In this document: one piece after another, positions 36,984 through 46,985 of the stretch
How the letters are laid out: each line of letters starts with the position of its first letter
Position numbering within the stretch: the first letter of the stretch is position 1
IMG/VR virus record: IMGVR_UViG_3300030376_006203
Location: 1 to 64,000 of that record
Direction: 5' to 3' (one strand)
Length of the DNA: 64,000 bases
Source: a virus
Lineage: Duplodnaviria > Caudoviricetes
The notes under the pieces: generated by a model
The model's database searches: none
The model's input: the letters and a program-made list of their open reading frames with translations, nothing else
What the model was told of the DNA's origin: nothing
Program-made: the position numbers and the translations under genes

Positions 36984-38992
36984 TAATTGAAACCTAAATG
37001 TGTGACTTCCGGATATTTTGATTTGATTTTTCTAGCAAGTTCATTGTGTAGTTTTACTTGCTGATTCATATAACCTTCAGGTTTACCACCTGAAATCATT
37101 GTAGGACCATCTGGATTTTTATCTACTGTTGTTGGTTCTTCTGGTGATGGTTTACCAATATTCTTTTTTAACCATTGTGTTGATACACCAATAAATTCGT
37201 CAATTGGTACAGCACTCATGTCTTCAAAGTCAGCAGGATAACCTAATGCTGATAAAAATTGTCGCATACTAGCATTACTCAAATAAGGAGTATCTAACTC
37301 TTTGTCTTTTGCCCATGCCATTGGAAATTCAAAAACAGTTGTTTTTTCTCCATCTAATTCTTTTTCAGTTTTAAAATAAGGGATCATTGAAGCACCTTCT
37401 TTAACTGAATCTTCATTATCAATAGAAGCCGCTACTGGTTCAGGTTGTTGTCCAATTTGCTGTGTTGGTTCTTGATCAGGACTTAAATTTACTTTACCAA
37501 GTTCAACAGCAACTTTATTTAAATTTCCTTTTAATGTGCCTGCTGATATTTTTGATCCTGGCGCAAACATTTTCTTCAAATCTCCTTGAGCATCCATTCT
37601 TTTAAATGCATCAGGATGTTTAGGCGCCACATATTTTCTTAGATATGCTACAACTAAATCTGCAGGATATCCTTGAGATACATCTGTTTGATTTAAACCT
37701 ACCACTGTGTTGATGTCTTTGAATAAAGTCTGCATCTGAACTTTTGCTTGATCATCTGCTTGTACTTTTGCCGCTGTTGCTGGATCATACAATGCTTTCA
37801 CTTGATCCGGAACAATTTTTCTACCTGCCGCTTTTAAAGTGTCTAACCAACCTTCATCTAAATAAGTTCCTTCGTTTACTGATTCGTTGCTTATGCCGTG
37901 TGATGCTAATACTATACTCATCGCATCTGCTAGTCCTACTTTTTCTTTCATGTTCATTTGTTTTATATCACTAGTGTCACCGTGATCATTAAAAACTTTT
38001 ATGTATGTGTCTATGTCTGCTGGATCAAATCCTGCTTTGTTTAAAATATCTTCACTTCTATAATCTAAGTCTTCAGTTGTTGGTTTATTCATTGTGATAG
38101 TAAACTTATCACCTTCAAAGTCTACATCTTTACCTGTAATTAATTTGTACATTTTAGCCAACAGTCTATTGTCGTACTCTGGTCTTCCGTGTCCTTTTTG
38201 CGGTTCTTTAATTTTGTCTGCTAACATTTGAACAAATGCTGATTTGTCTAAACGCATTTCACCTTCGTTAGTGTCTTGTGACATACCTTTATTTTTTCTG
38301 TTTACATAGTAGTCACTCATTTTGCCATAGCCATGTCTCCAAGCCATTTGACGCAATCTTGTGTCATCAAAATCTTTGAATCTGTCTGCTAGTTCTTTGT
38401 CTGACATATGAGCAAGTTTTTCTTTGTGTTTGATAATACTTGCTGGCATTCTTTCAGCAACTTTTGTTTGATGATCTTCCCAAAAATCTCCAGCCATGTC
38501 AATCACATTATTGTAAGTGTCAACAAATTCTTCCATGTCCATTGATTGTGCATCATCCGCCATGTGTTTGTATTGTTGTATGTCAACTATTCCATATAGT
38601 TTGTCAAAACTTTTAATATGTGGATAATGACCTTCTTCAATAGAATTTTCTGTTCTTAATGCTGATCTTTGAAATCCTTTTGCTAAAAATTCTTTTTCAC
38701 GTTCTGCTGGGATCATTATAGTCTTACCATCTTTGTGAACGTACAAAGTCTTGCCCATGGCACCCATTCTTTTCATATCGGTAGCCTGTACGCCATCTTC
38801 TGATTTTGGTAAGTTTTTATCTGCCCAGGCATCTAGAGCCGCTTTACGTTTCATGAAGTTTAATTTTCCAACTTGAGCATACTGTTTAGGATCTTTTTGT
38901 ATGTCCTGTAAGGCTTTCATCAATTCACGATAGTGTGCTTCGTCTCTTGGCTCTACGTATTTGAACTCTCTTAAAAAATCTATTAACTTCAT
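36983..38992 (-). CDS. large modular protein, putative internal head polyprotein
   Basis: start MKLIDFLRE; many xxE junctions (IEE, VAE, TNE, VNE, LDE, VKE). Confidence 0.65.
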   Translation of the reverse strand: MKLIDFLREFKYVEPRDEAHYRELMKALQDIQKDPKQYAQVGKLNFMKRKAALDAWADKNLPKSEDGVQATDMKRMGAMGKTLYVHKDGKTIMIPAEREKEFLAKGFQRSALRTENSIEEGHYPHIKSFDKLYGIVDIQQYKHMADDAQSMDMEEFVDTYNNVIDMAGDFWEDHQTKVAERMPASIIKHKEKLAHMSDKELADRFKDFDDTRLRQMAWRHGYGKMSDYYVNRKNKGMSQDTNEGEMRLDKSAFVQMLADKIKEPQKGHGRPEYDNRLLAKMYKLITGKDVDFEGDKFTITMNKPTTEDLDYRSEDILNKAGFDPADIDTYIKVFNDHGDTSDIKQMNMKEKVGLADAMSIVLASHGISNESVNEGTYLDEGWLDTLKAAGRKIVPDQVKALYDPATAAKVQADDQAKVQMQTLFKDINTVVGLNQTDVSQGYPADLVVAYLRKYVAPKHPDAFKRMDAQGDLKKMFAPGSKISAGTLKGNLNKVAVELGKVNLSPDQEPTQQIGQQPEPVAASIDNEDSVKEGASMIPYFKTEKELDGEKTTVFEFPMAWAKDKELDTPYLSNASMRQFLSALGYPADFEDMSAVPIDEFIGVSTQWLKKNIGKPSPEEPTTVDKNPDGPTMISGGKPEGYMNQQVKLHNELARKIKSKYPEVTHLGFN

Positions 38993-39198
38993 TTCTTTCT
39001 GCTCCTAAACTGTACTGGTCCTGTCATATATGGTTTAGAAAACCATAATTTAAACCAGTCAGGATCTCCTGGTTTTAAGCCTAATTTTCTTTCTTTTTTC
39101 TTTAAAGCGGTTGCCGTAGCACTAATATTTTCACCCATAGAATCTTCGTTGTATGGTTTATAGATGCCTGCCAAACGTTTTAAATCGTCTATGTTCAT
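38989..39198 (-). CDS. small hypothetical protein
   Basis: DDLKRLAGI, KPGDPDWFKLWF. Confidence 0.65.
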   Translation of the reverse strand: MNIDDLKRLAGIYKPYNEDSMGENISATATALKKKERKLGLKPGDPDWFKLWFSKPYMTGPVQFRSRKK

Positions 39199-39200
39199 AT

Positions 39201-39776
39201 TTATACTGTCACAGGATCTAATTGTAGTCCTGTTCTCACCTGGTTATACATTTCTTCTGCTGTTTTAGGGTCTATAGGGACAGCATTAATAAATGTTCTT
39301 TTGTCCCCACGTGCCGCTAAATCACGCATTTTTGAAGCACTCATGCCTTCTAATCCTTGTGCGTCAGGATCTCTTTCACCTGCACTTACTACTTTGATAG
39401 AATTAAAATTGTAATCTCTGCCATTGTACTTGTTTAATAATTCATTGAATTCATTTACTCTATCAGAACCTGCCACATATATTATATCTGTGTAACCCAT
39501 TTGTTCCAACTTCTGCATTGCTTGTACCCACGTTCTTACTGCTTTGTCTCCAACCTTAATCATTGGAAACATTTTTTGAGCAAAGGTTAATTTTTGTGAA
39601 AATGATAATGGATCTGTTTTTGCGTTTTGAGTATGCGTAATAAAGATAAAAGGATCACCAGGCTGTGCTTTGATAACTTCCCCAATTTTTTTATGTCCTG
39701 CTGTTGGTGGATTCATTCTGCCAAAGGCAAAAACAGCGGTTTTACTAGGTGCTTCTAAAATCTCCGTGATTAGCAT
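39201..39776 (-). CDS. HIGH-type nucleotidyltransferase (cytidyltransferase-like)
   Basis: FGRMNPPTAGH, DPLS, AGSDR, SAGERDPD, MSASKMR; start MLITEILE. Confidence 0.85.
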   Translation of the reverse strand: MLITEILEAPSKTAVFAFGRMNPPTAGHKKIGEVIKAQPGDPFIFITHTQNAKTDPLSFSQKLTFAQKMFPMIKVGDKAVRTWVQAMQKLEQMGYTDIIYVAGSDRVNEFNELLNKYNGRDYNFNSIKVVSAGERDPDAQGLEGMSASKMRDLAARGDKRTFINAVPIDPKTAEEMYNQVRTGLQLDPVTV

Positions 39777-40084
39777 TACTGCTCCTCATTTTCTTTTTCG
39801 GCATCCATCATTCTTTGCATTAACAAATTTTTATCTTCTGGAGTAATTTGATCTGCTATTTGTTTTGGAATTTTGTATTTCATGCAGTATTCTTTGATGC
39901 ATGAATCTATTAAAGGCATAACTGCTTCATTATCGCCAGTTTGTTTACACTTGTTCATTGTAGGATAATAATTTTTTCTGTAAAAATCATCATCATTCAT
40001 CATGTAGAAATAAACGTCATCCATTAGATCATAATCTAATTTAGGTTCTTTTTCTATATGATTAAATTCAGTTAGTCTTACCAT
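39776..40084 (-). CDS. hypothetical protein
   Basis: 102 aa ORF, start MVRLTEF. Confidence 0.6.
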   Translation of the reverse strand: MVRLTEFNHIEKEPKLDYDLMDDVYFYMMNDDDFYRKNYYPTMNKCKQTGDNEAVMPLIDSCIKEYCMKYKIPKQIADQITPEDKNLLMQRMMDAEKENEEQ

Positions 40085-40665
40085 TTTCTACAACTCCAAT
40101 ATCTTGCTTTTGTTCTAGGTCCTGGATTAGCACAGTTGTGTCTTGCTCTAAAACTTCTACGTCTAGCAGGATTAGATTTTTTAATTCTCATATTAGGATC
40201 ACCAAAGTTTACTTTTTTAATGTTTTTTGTTTTTGGATCTCTCACATACACTTTAAACTTTTTTACATCACCCTGCATTGGCTTGCCTAATTTTACTTTA
40301 CGTCCTCTGTATTCTGCTTCGTCTAATGAATCATCTTCATCAAACCACATATCACCATATGCTTCAAAAAAGTCATCACCTTCGTATGTTTCTTCACTTG
40401 GATCATTGTCACTTACTTCTAACACAAAGTCTTCAAGACCTTGTTCTTTGTAAAGTAATTCTATATCCTCTGCTAAATCATCTGATTCAACTTGTTCTAG
40501 TTGTCTGTGTAATTCAACAGTTAATACGTGCTGACCATCTACATTTTCGAAAGTCACATATTTCGTTTCATCTTCTAGTAAGCCAATTGTGCTTAAATTT
40601 ACTGCTGTGTTGATTTCATCCTCTGTAAAAGGAGTGTCTTTAATTATGTTAAAATAGTGATGCAT
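40078..40665 (-). CDS. acidic N-domain + basic C-terminal module
   Basis: LDE|AEYRGRKVKLGKP...VNFGDP...SFRARHNC...YWSCRKW. Confidence 0.7.
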   Translation of the reverse strand: MHHYFNIIKDTPFTEDEINTAVNLSTIGLLEDETKYVTFENVDGQHVLTVELHRQLEQVESDDLAEDIELLYKEQGLEDFVLEVSDNDPSEETYEGDDFFEAYGDMWFDEDDSLDEAEYRGRKVKLGKPMQGDVKKFKVYVRDPKTKNIKKVNFGDPNMRIKKSNPARRRSFRARHNCANPGPRTKARYWSCRKW

Positions 40666-40669
40666 AGTT

Positions 40670-41023
40670 TTAATGATTTAATAATATTGAGTTAATTGTT
40701 CCATCTGTGTAAGTTATATGTGCTCTTACCCACACAAAATTTCCTGTAAAGTTAAAAACAAAAGCACCATCTTTGCCTGCTGTTGTACTGTCATATGTAG
40801 TGCCATCTACATCAAACCAATCAGCATCTGCTGGAGTAGTTGCTAGTGTGCCTTGTATTTTAATTGTGCCTGCAACACCGTTAACATTCATTTGAACAGT
40901 GTGAAAACCATCAGATCTACCGTAGTATCCATCACCTTTAAACTTTTCACCCACAACTGTTTCAACCGTGCTATCGCCCGGATGCGTAGTTGCTGGTAGT
41001 ATTATTTCGCTTGTTGCTGGCAT
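40670..41023 (-). CDS. small beta-rich virion protein (putative)
   Basis: GDGYYG..DG.HTV, FTGNFVWVRA; TAAATA 7 nt before ATG (41031-41036). Confidence 0.55.
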   Translation of the reverse strand: MPATSEIILPATTHPGDSTVETVVGEKFKGDGYYGRSDGFHTVQMNVNGVAGTIKIQGTLATTPADADWFDVDGTTYDSTTAGKDGAFVFNFTGNFVWVRAHITYTDGTINSILLNH

Positions 41024-41057
41024 ATGTGTATATTTAGCCTATTGGGCGGTTTGATGT

Positions 41058-43307
41058 TTAGGCTTGTTTCTCAAGCAATTTAACACCGTCGCCTATGTCT
41101 AGTGCTAGTTTTTTATCTTTTACTGTGACCTTAACTACACCACCGTTTTTAAGCGATCCAAACAGTAGTTCTTTTGAAAGATCCTTTTTAATTTTGTTAT
41201 CAATCAATCTCTGCATAGGTCTAGCACCCATTTTGTCATCATAGCCATGCTCAACCAAATAGTCGATTGCTTCATCTGTAAGTTCTAAAGCAACATCTTT
41301 TTCTTTTAATTGTGTTTTTAAATCTAGCATAAATTTGCCCACAATTTTAATTAATACTTCTTTAGCAAGTTTTTTGAATACAACTGTGCCATCTAATCTA
41401 TTTCTAAATTCAGGAGCAAAGAAACGTTTCATATCTTTATCATCATATTCTACATCTTTAACTGCGTTGAAACCCATTACGTTTTTGTCTGCTTGATCGG
41501 CACCTAAATTAGTTGTTAGTATCAAACATATATTTTTAGCACTGGCTGTTTTACCATTGTTTCCTTGTATAGAACCTTCATCCATTATTTGTAATAATAT
41601 TTGTGAAACATCAGGGTGTGCTTTTTCTACTTCGTCTAATAGCAACACACAGTTTGGATATTCTTGTAATTTTGTAACTAACAGTCCTGTGTTTTCTTCA
41701 AACCCTACATAACCTGGAGGTGAGCCTATTAGTTTAGCCACTGCGTGTTTCTCTTGATATTCTGACATATCAAATCTTACAAGTTTAACACCTAATTGTT
41801 CTGCCAACTGTTTTGCTGTTTCAGTTTTACCACATCCTGTTGGACCCATAAACACAAATGAACCTATAGGTTTATTATCACGTTTCAAGCCTGCTTGAGC
41901 AACTAACACTTTATCAACAACCATATCTATTGCTTCATCTTGTCCGTAAACATTTGCTTTCATGTTTTTAGATAGATTTGCTAGGTTACTAGATTCTTTT
42001 TCAGCAATTGATTCTACAGGCATTTTAACCAATTTAGATAATTCATATTGAATAGATTCATCATTTACTGTTCTATCTGATTGCTTTTCTTTTAGATTAA
42101 ATCTAGAACAAGCCAAGTCTATCAAGTCAATTGCTTTATCAGGCAATTTTTTATCTGTTTGATATTTTATACTTAATTTTACTGCGGCTGTGATAGCATC
42201 ATCAGTAATTGTCGCATTATGAAAGTCTTCGTAATACTTTTTAAGTCCTTGTAAAATTTCTAGTGTTGTTTCTTTGTTTGGTTCATCTACAGTAATTCTA
42301 GCAAAACGTCTCATTAATGCTCTGTCTTTTTCAAAATACTTTCTGTATTCTTCCCAAGTTGTAGAAGCAACAACTTTAAGTTCACCTTTAGTCAACACAG
42401 GTTTCAATAAGTTTGCTAAATCATTGGCAGTGTTTCCACCACCGCCTGCACCTGCTCCTGATATATTGTGTGCTTCATCTATAAAGCAAATTGCTTTGCC
42501 TTTTTTCTTCAAACCATTAAGAACCATTTTGAATCTTTCTTCAAAATCACCTCTGTATTTAGAACCAGCCAACATTGCTCCAATATCTAAATTGTAAACT
42601 TCATATCCTTTTAAAAATTCAGGACAAGTTTCATTTACTATATTGAATGCTAAACCTTCTGCTATTGCTGTTTTACCTACGCCAGGATCACCAACAAGTA
42701 TCACATTGTTTTTCATTCTTCTTCCAATAGTAAGTGCTATTTGATTTAGTTCATCTATTCTGCCAATTACAGGATCTATTTTTTTCTTTTTAACTTCAGC
42801 ATTCAAATTAGATGTATATTTGTTTAATGCTCTTTTAGTTTCAGTTTGATCAACTTCATCTTCAAATATTTCTTCTATTTCACTATGTAGGTAGTCCATA
42901 AATTTTTCTTTATCAACTTTTGCTTGTACAAGGAAATAATATGCCCAACTTTTTGTTTCACTCATTAAACTTAAAAATACATCTGTTAAGTCTATATTTG
43001 TTCTACCACTGAATAAAACTTGCGTGAATGCTCTGTTTAGCACTCTTTCAACACTAATAGTTTTTTTAGGCTTGTATTTGGCAACTGATAATTTAATGCC
43101 ATCTAGTTTATGATCAAGATATGTAATCAGATGTGTTTTTAAATTATCCACATCAGTGCCGTAACCTTTTAATATATTACAGAATTTTTCATCTTCGCAC
43201 ATAGAAAACAGCATATGTTCAAGAGTAACATATTCGTGCTTGTATGACTTGGATAAATTTACTGCTCTATCAAATACACTTTGTAAAGCACCACTAGGTT
43301 CAACCAT
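41058..43307 (-). CDS. clpA: ATP-dependent Clp protease ATP-binding subunit ClpA
   Basis: N-domain HEYVTLEH, GDPGVGKT/FIDEAH, GPTGCGKT/LLDEVEK, MGF ClpP-docking loop, GARPM. Confidence 0.93.
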   Translation of the reverse strand: MVEPSGALQSVFDRAVNLSKSYKHEYVTLEHMLFSMCEDEKFCNILKGYGTDVDNLKTHLITYLDHKLDGIKLSVAKYKPKKTISVERVLNRAFTQVLFSGRTNIDLTDVFLSLMSETKSWAYYFLVQAKVDKEKFMDYLHSEIEEIFEDEVDQTETKRALNKYTSNLNAEVKKKKIDPVIGRIDELNQIALTIGRRMKNNVILVGDPGVGKTAIAEGLAFNIVNETCPEFLKGYEVYNLDIGAMLAGSKYRGDFEERFKMVLNGLKKKGKAICFIDEAHNISGAGAGGGGNTANDLANLLKPVLTKGELKVVASTTWEEYRKYFEKDRALMRRFARITVDEPNKETTLEILQGLKKYYEDFHNATITDDAITAAVKLSIKYQTDKKLPDKAIDLIDLACSRFNLKEKQSDRTVNDESIQYELSKLVKMPVESIAEKESSNLANLSKNMKANVYGQDEAIDMVVDKVLVAQAGLKRDNKPIGSFVFMGPTGCGKTETAKQLAEQLGVKLVRFDMSEYQEKHAVAKLIGSPPGYVGFEENTGLLVTKLQEYPNCVLLLDEVEKAHPDVSQILLQIMDEGSIQGNNGKTASAKNICLILTTNLGADQADKNVMGFNAVKDVEYDDKDMKRFFAPEFRNRLDGTVVFKKLAKEVLIKIVGKFMLDLKTQLKEKDVALELTDEAIDYLVEHGYDDKMGARPMQRLIDNKIKKDLSKELLFGSLKNGGVVKVTVKDKKLALDIGDGVKLLEKQA

Positions 43308-43791
43308 TTACAAATCCTTTTAATATTTTTTCTTGTTTCTTTTTTGCCATTTCCAAACGCATTTTTGAAACTCTTTGATCAAAGGTAATGCCTTGAAGAT
43401 GGTCGTATTCATGTAAAAATACTCTTGCATGAAAACCTTCTAACTTAATTATACATTCTTTTTGCTGTGTGTCAAGGTATTTTACGCCTATAATATCAGG
43501 TCTTTTTACTTTCATAAACAGTCCTGGAAAACTTAAACACCCTTCCATCATTTCAACTTTATTTGTGCTTACTTCTGTAATCATAGGATTAATTATTGTC
43601 ATAGGTTTGTCTTCACCCATAATAAAAATTTGGGCATCCAATCCTACTTGATTAGCCGCTAATCCTACACCTTCATATTTTTTCATTATATCAAACATTT
43701 CGGTAGAAATTTTTTCTGCGTCCATAGTATTGAAATCGAAATCCTTTACTTTCTTTTCTAAAAATTCATCAGGTGCTTTAATTAATTTCAT
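43300..43791 (-). CDS. def: peptide deformylase
   Basis: [21 protein letters not shown]. Confidence 0.95.
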   Translation of the reverse strand: MKLIKAPDEFLEKKVKDFDFNTMDAEKISTEMFDIMKKYEGVGLAANQVGLDAQIFIMGEDKPMTIINPMITEVSTNKVEMMEGCLSFPGLFMKVKRPDIIGVKYLDTQQKECIIKLEGFHARVFLHEYDHLQGITFDQRVSKMRLEMAKKKQEKILKGFVNG

Positions 43792-44626
43792 TTTTAATCC
43801 TTGTTAATGTTTCTACCCATTCTGCCTTGCTTACTGACGGTATATCTGCTTGAATTGTCAAATATATATTTCCTCGTCTTCCGCCTCTTGTAGGCAAGCC
43901 TTGTTCACTAATACTTAATACAGTGCCAGGTTGTGTGCCTTTAGGAATTGATATTGCCAAATTTCTTCCTTCAAGTGTTGTGATTGTGTGTTTTGTTCCT
44001 AACATTAGGTCAAATACATTTACTCTTTCAATACAATGTAAGTTCACTCCATCTCTTGAATACTTTGCGTGAGGTCTAATTTTTACTCTAACAAGTAGAT
44101 CTCCTCTAGGTAAATGCTTTTGTAAATCATCTCCTAATGATGGAAATTTTATTGTGCTGTTGTTTGCTACTCCTTTTGGTAAACTTAAATTAACACTTTG
44201 CTCACGACCATTTGTCAGTCTATATGAAGCAACTAGTTCTTTGCCTTTTAAAACATCTTCCAACTCAATCTGTGCTTCTATTATGATGTCTCTATTTTTT
44301 CTTGGCTGTTGTTGTCTTCTTCCGAATGGACTTCCTCCTCCGAAAAATTGATTGAACACATCACCTATATCTTGTGGAAAGTCATCAGTTCTAAATTCAT
44401 ATGATCTATGTCCGCCTTGATTAGCATTTGGAGTCGAACCAAATCTATCATAATAGGATTTCTTTTGCGGATCTTTTAAAGTATCATATGCCTCATTTAA
44501 TTTTTGAAATTGAGCACTGTCGCCACCTTTATCAGGATGGTGTTTCATGGCTTGCTTTTTGTATGCTTTTTTAATTTCTGCCTCAGATGCGTTTCTATTC
44601 ACGCCTAATGTTTTATATAAATCCAT
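43778..44626 (-). CDS. dnaJ: DnaJ/CbpA-type co-chaperone (no Zn finger)
   Basis: J-domain HHPDK, G/F region, GDLLV C-terminal domain. Confidence 0.9.
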   Translation of the reverse strand: MDLYKTLGVNRNASEAEIKKAYKKQAMKHHPDKGGDSAQFQKLNEAYDTLKDPQKKSYYDRFGSTPNANQGGHRSYEFRTDDFPQDIGDVFNQFFGGGSPFGRRQQQPRKNRDIIIEAQIELEDVLKGKELVASYRLTNGREQSVNLSLPKGVANNSTIKFPSLGDDLQKHLPRGDLLVRVKIRPHAKYSRDGVNLHCIERVNVFDLMLGTKHTITTLEGRNLAISIPKGTQPGTVLSISEQGLPTRGGRRGNIYLTIQADIPSVSKAEWVETLTRIKNEIN

Positions 44627-44677
44627 AGTGCTTATATAGTAATTCTTTTTATAATGTCAAGTGTATTTAATGTTTTG

Positions 44678-45565
44678 TTATTCATAGTCAAACAGTTTTT
44701 CAAAATTTGTATCTTCACAATGTTCTTTAATTCTTTTTTCAGCAATATCTACATAATGTTGATTGCTGTCAACACCTACAAAATTACGTTGTTCTTGAAT
44801 TGCTCCTATACCTGTTGATCCTGATCCCATGTATGGGTCTAGCACAATACCATTTTTAGGAGTGTATATTCTAACTAGATATCTCATTAAACTTATTGGC
44901 TTAGGTGTTGGGTGGTCATTGTACTCACCTCTTTCTTTACGTGTGGCTCTAGGAGCATAAAAATATTTTTGATGTTCTGGATTGTCAAGTACGCCTATTA
45001 TATTACTTGGATATCTACCTTTTGGATTAGCATCTTCTTTTTCAATCTGTGTACCTTTTGCTTTTTCTACTTCTGAACCAAATGCTCTACGTTTGCTACC
45101 ACCTTTAATCCATCCTTTGGGTGGAGCACCATCCCATGGTACTCTCGCATTGTCGACATCAATTTTGCCAGTAGTCCATTTTTCTTGATTCTTTTCAATT
45201 GATCCTTCTAAAGGTTTTTGTCCTACAAAGATAGGTTCATGAGCAGGTTTAAGTCTATTTGTTTTTGCCATCTTGGTTGTGACCATCCATACAATCATAT
45301 CCATAGGTCTGAATCCAGCCTCTTCAACATTCACAGCCATTCTATGATAAAATTCTGGAGCACAGAAACTTAAAACAAATGCTCCTGGTTTTAGTGTTCT
45401 ATAAACTTCACGCCAAGTATCAACAGGCGGAACATTATGATCCCAACCCACTCCAGCAATTTCCATTCCATAAGGCGGATCTGTAATACAAGAATCATAT
45501 GTGTTATCAGCAACTGTCTTCAAAAAGTCGCAATTATCTTTACAGAATAAATTGTATTTTTCCAT
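44678..45565 (-). CDS. DNA amino-methyltransferase (beta class, N6-A/N4-C)
   Basis: TDPPY, HPTPKP, DPYMGSGSTG. Confidence 0.9.
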   Translation of the reverse strand: MEKYNLFCKDNCDFLKTVADNTYDSCITDPPYGMEIAGVGWDHNVPPVDTWREVYRTLKPGAFVLSFCAPEFYHRMAVNVEEAGFRPMDMIVWMVTTKMAKTNRLKPAHEPIFVGQKPLEGSIEKNQEKWTTGKIDVDNARVPWDGAPPKGWIKGGSKRRAFGSEVEKAKGTQIEKEDANPKGRYPSNIIGVLDNPEHQKYFYAPRATRKERGEYNDHPTPKPISLMRYLVRIYTPKNGIVLDPYMGSGSTGIGAIQEQRNFVGVDSNQHYVDIAEKRIKEHCEDTNFEKLFDYE

Positions 45566-45571
45566 ACCTAT

Positions 45572-45600
45572 ATTATAAAGGAAATTGCCAAAAAAGTCAA
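45572..45600 (-). promoter_or_regulatory. sigma70-like promoter, probably leaderless
   Basis: TTGACT-17-TATAAT, 6 nt before ATG 45565. Confidence 0.75.
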
Positions 45601-45603
45601 TGA

Positions 45604-45945
45604 TTATTTTGGAATCTTTTTGCTAGACCCAGTGTACAAACCAAACCATGCCGCGCCGGCACCAACAACAATTGATATCAAACCTGATTGTTCCATTGTA
45701 GGACTTGGTAACGCCATATACCAAATTACGCATTTATAAAGCAAGATGATGTATGTTGTAATAAACACTCTTGGAAAAATTCTCCAACTGTCTACTGCTC
45801 TTGCTAGATGAATAAGTTTGGCGTAAGGATTAGGTCCTAGGTCTTTTACTGAAGTGTCTACTTCTAATTCGACTGATACTTTTTTCTTTGCTGTTTCTTT
45901 ATCTGCTGGTACTACCAGTTTATCTTCTTTTAATTGTTCAGCCAT
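45604..45945 (-). CDS. two-TM membrane protein, holin candidate
   Basis: DSWRIFPR then two TM helices; lies near lysis genes. Confidence 0.5.
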   Translation of the reverse strand: MAEQLKEDKLVVPADKETAKKKVSVELEVDTSVKDLGPNPYAKLIHLARAVDSWRIFPRVFITTYIILLYKCVIWYMALPSPTMEQSGLISIVVGAGAAWFGLYTGSSKKIPK

Positions 45946-46535
45946 TATTTTACTCCTGGAATTTTACTGTTTCTTTTTCTGTGACCATTCCAAGCAACAA
46001 AGCCACCAATTCTTAATGACCAGTATGCTAATCTATTCATTGTGTAGAAACCATTCACTATGATGTTGATGTCTCTGAAAATTTCATCTGCTCTTTTTTG
46101 TGTAAGTTCACCCATTGTATCTTTTTTATTTGCTTTCAACAATGTTTTATATTTGTAAGCATAGTCATGAACAAGTCCACCAATTAATAATACGCCTACT
46201 GGTGAAAAGAAAGTTCTTAAAAATTTAGGAATACTTGCTCCATCAAATTGGAATCCTGCTGGGATCACATATTCTTCACCATCTATATTGTATTTCCAAT
46301 CTTTTGTAAGTTCCCAATTTCTTGTAGATAGCAACCACATTACAATACCTTTCCAGAAACCTTTGCCTTTTGTTTTTATTGCTATAGGTTTAAGTTCTGG
46401 GAAGCCTTTAAAATTAAATTTTAAATTTGTTTTTGCTCTTTTGTCTGTAAAGTTTATAATTGCGGCAACAATTACCACAGCGATTAATACTGTCCATTGC
46501 CAAAATTTCATTGCTAGTGCTATAATAAATTCCAT
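45945..46535 (-). CDS. DUF1353-like protein with N-terminal TM
   Basis: IPAGFQFDGASIP, VHDYAY, ADEIF; TAAATA at 46560-46565. Confidence 0.75.
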   Translation of the reverse strand: MEFIIALAMKFWQWTVLIAVVIVAAIINFTDKRAKTNLKFNFKGFPELKPIAIKTKGKGFWKGIVMWLLSTRNWELTKDWKYNIDGEEYVIPAGFQFDGASIPKFLRTFFSPVGVLLIGGLVHDYAYKYKTLLKANKKDTMGELTQKRADEIFRDINIIVNGFYTMNRLAYWSLRIGGFVAWNGHRKRNSKIPGVK

Positions 46536-46566
46536 ATATCTCCTGTTTCTTTATAGTAGTATTTAT

Positions 46567-46776
46567 CTACTTTAAAATAATTGCTTTGATTGACTTTTCA
46601 CCCATGTATATCTCTGTCTCGGCTTCGCCTTTCCAACATTGATATTTTACACTGGCGCTGTATTGTCTCTCTGCTTGTCTTTTACCTCTTAGGCATTTTG
46701 CCATGTTTTCCTGAATACGGTGTTCTTTTATCTCACCATTCACAAACATTAATAAGGCTACAACTGATTCTATCAT
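46567..46776 (-). CDS. small secreted-type hypothetical protein
   Basis: VVALLM, CLRGKR.AER, QC. Confidence 0.6.
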   Translation of the reverse strand: MIESVVALLMFVNGEIKEHRIQENMAKCLRGKRQAERQYSASVKYQCWKGEAETEIYMGEKSIKAIILK

Positions 46777-46985
46777 ATGCTTTCTTTCCTTTCACAACCC
46801 ACTTCTAAATGTACAACTGTAAGATAACCATCTTCGTCAGTTAACATATCTCTAGTAGACTTTTCTTTTATCACAGCCGCTTGTTGACATTCCAATTTTG
46901 TTTCAAATGTTCTTGACGGATTTTCATACATAACATTACACTCCATCATTGTTACAGCACATATTATTGCGTACATCTGCCACAT
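46773..46985 (-). CDS. small Cys-containing hypothetical protein
   Basis: 70 aa, coupled on both sides. Confidence 0.55.
   Translation of the reverse strand: MWQMYAIICAVTMMECNVMYENPSRTFETKLECQQAAVIKEKSTRDMLTDEDGYLTVVHLEVGCERKESI

Noticed and set aside
39196-39203. TAAATATG as a late promoter
   Set aside because: Fully explained by the upstream stop codon plus 2 nt plus ATG; leaves no room for a TSS
44631-44660. sigma70 promoter upstream of dnaJ
   Set aside because: TTGACA is present but there is no good -10 at 17 nt spacing; not listed as a feature
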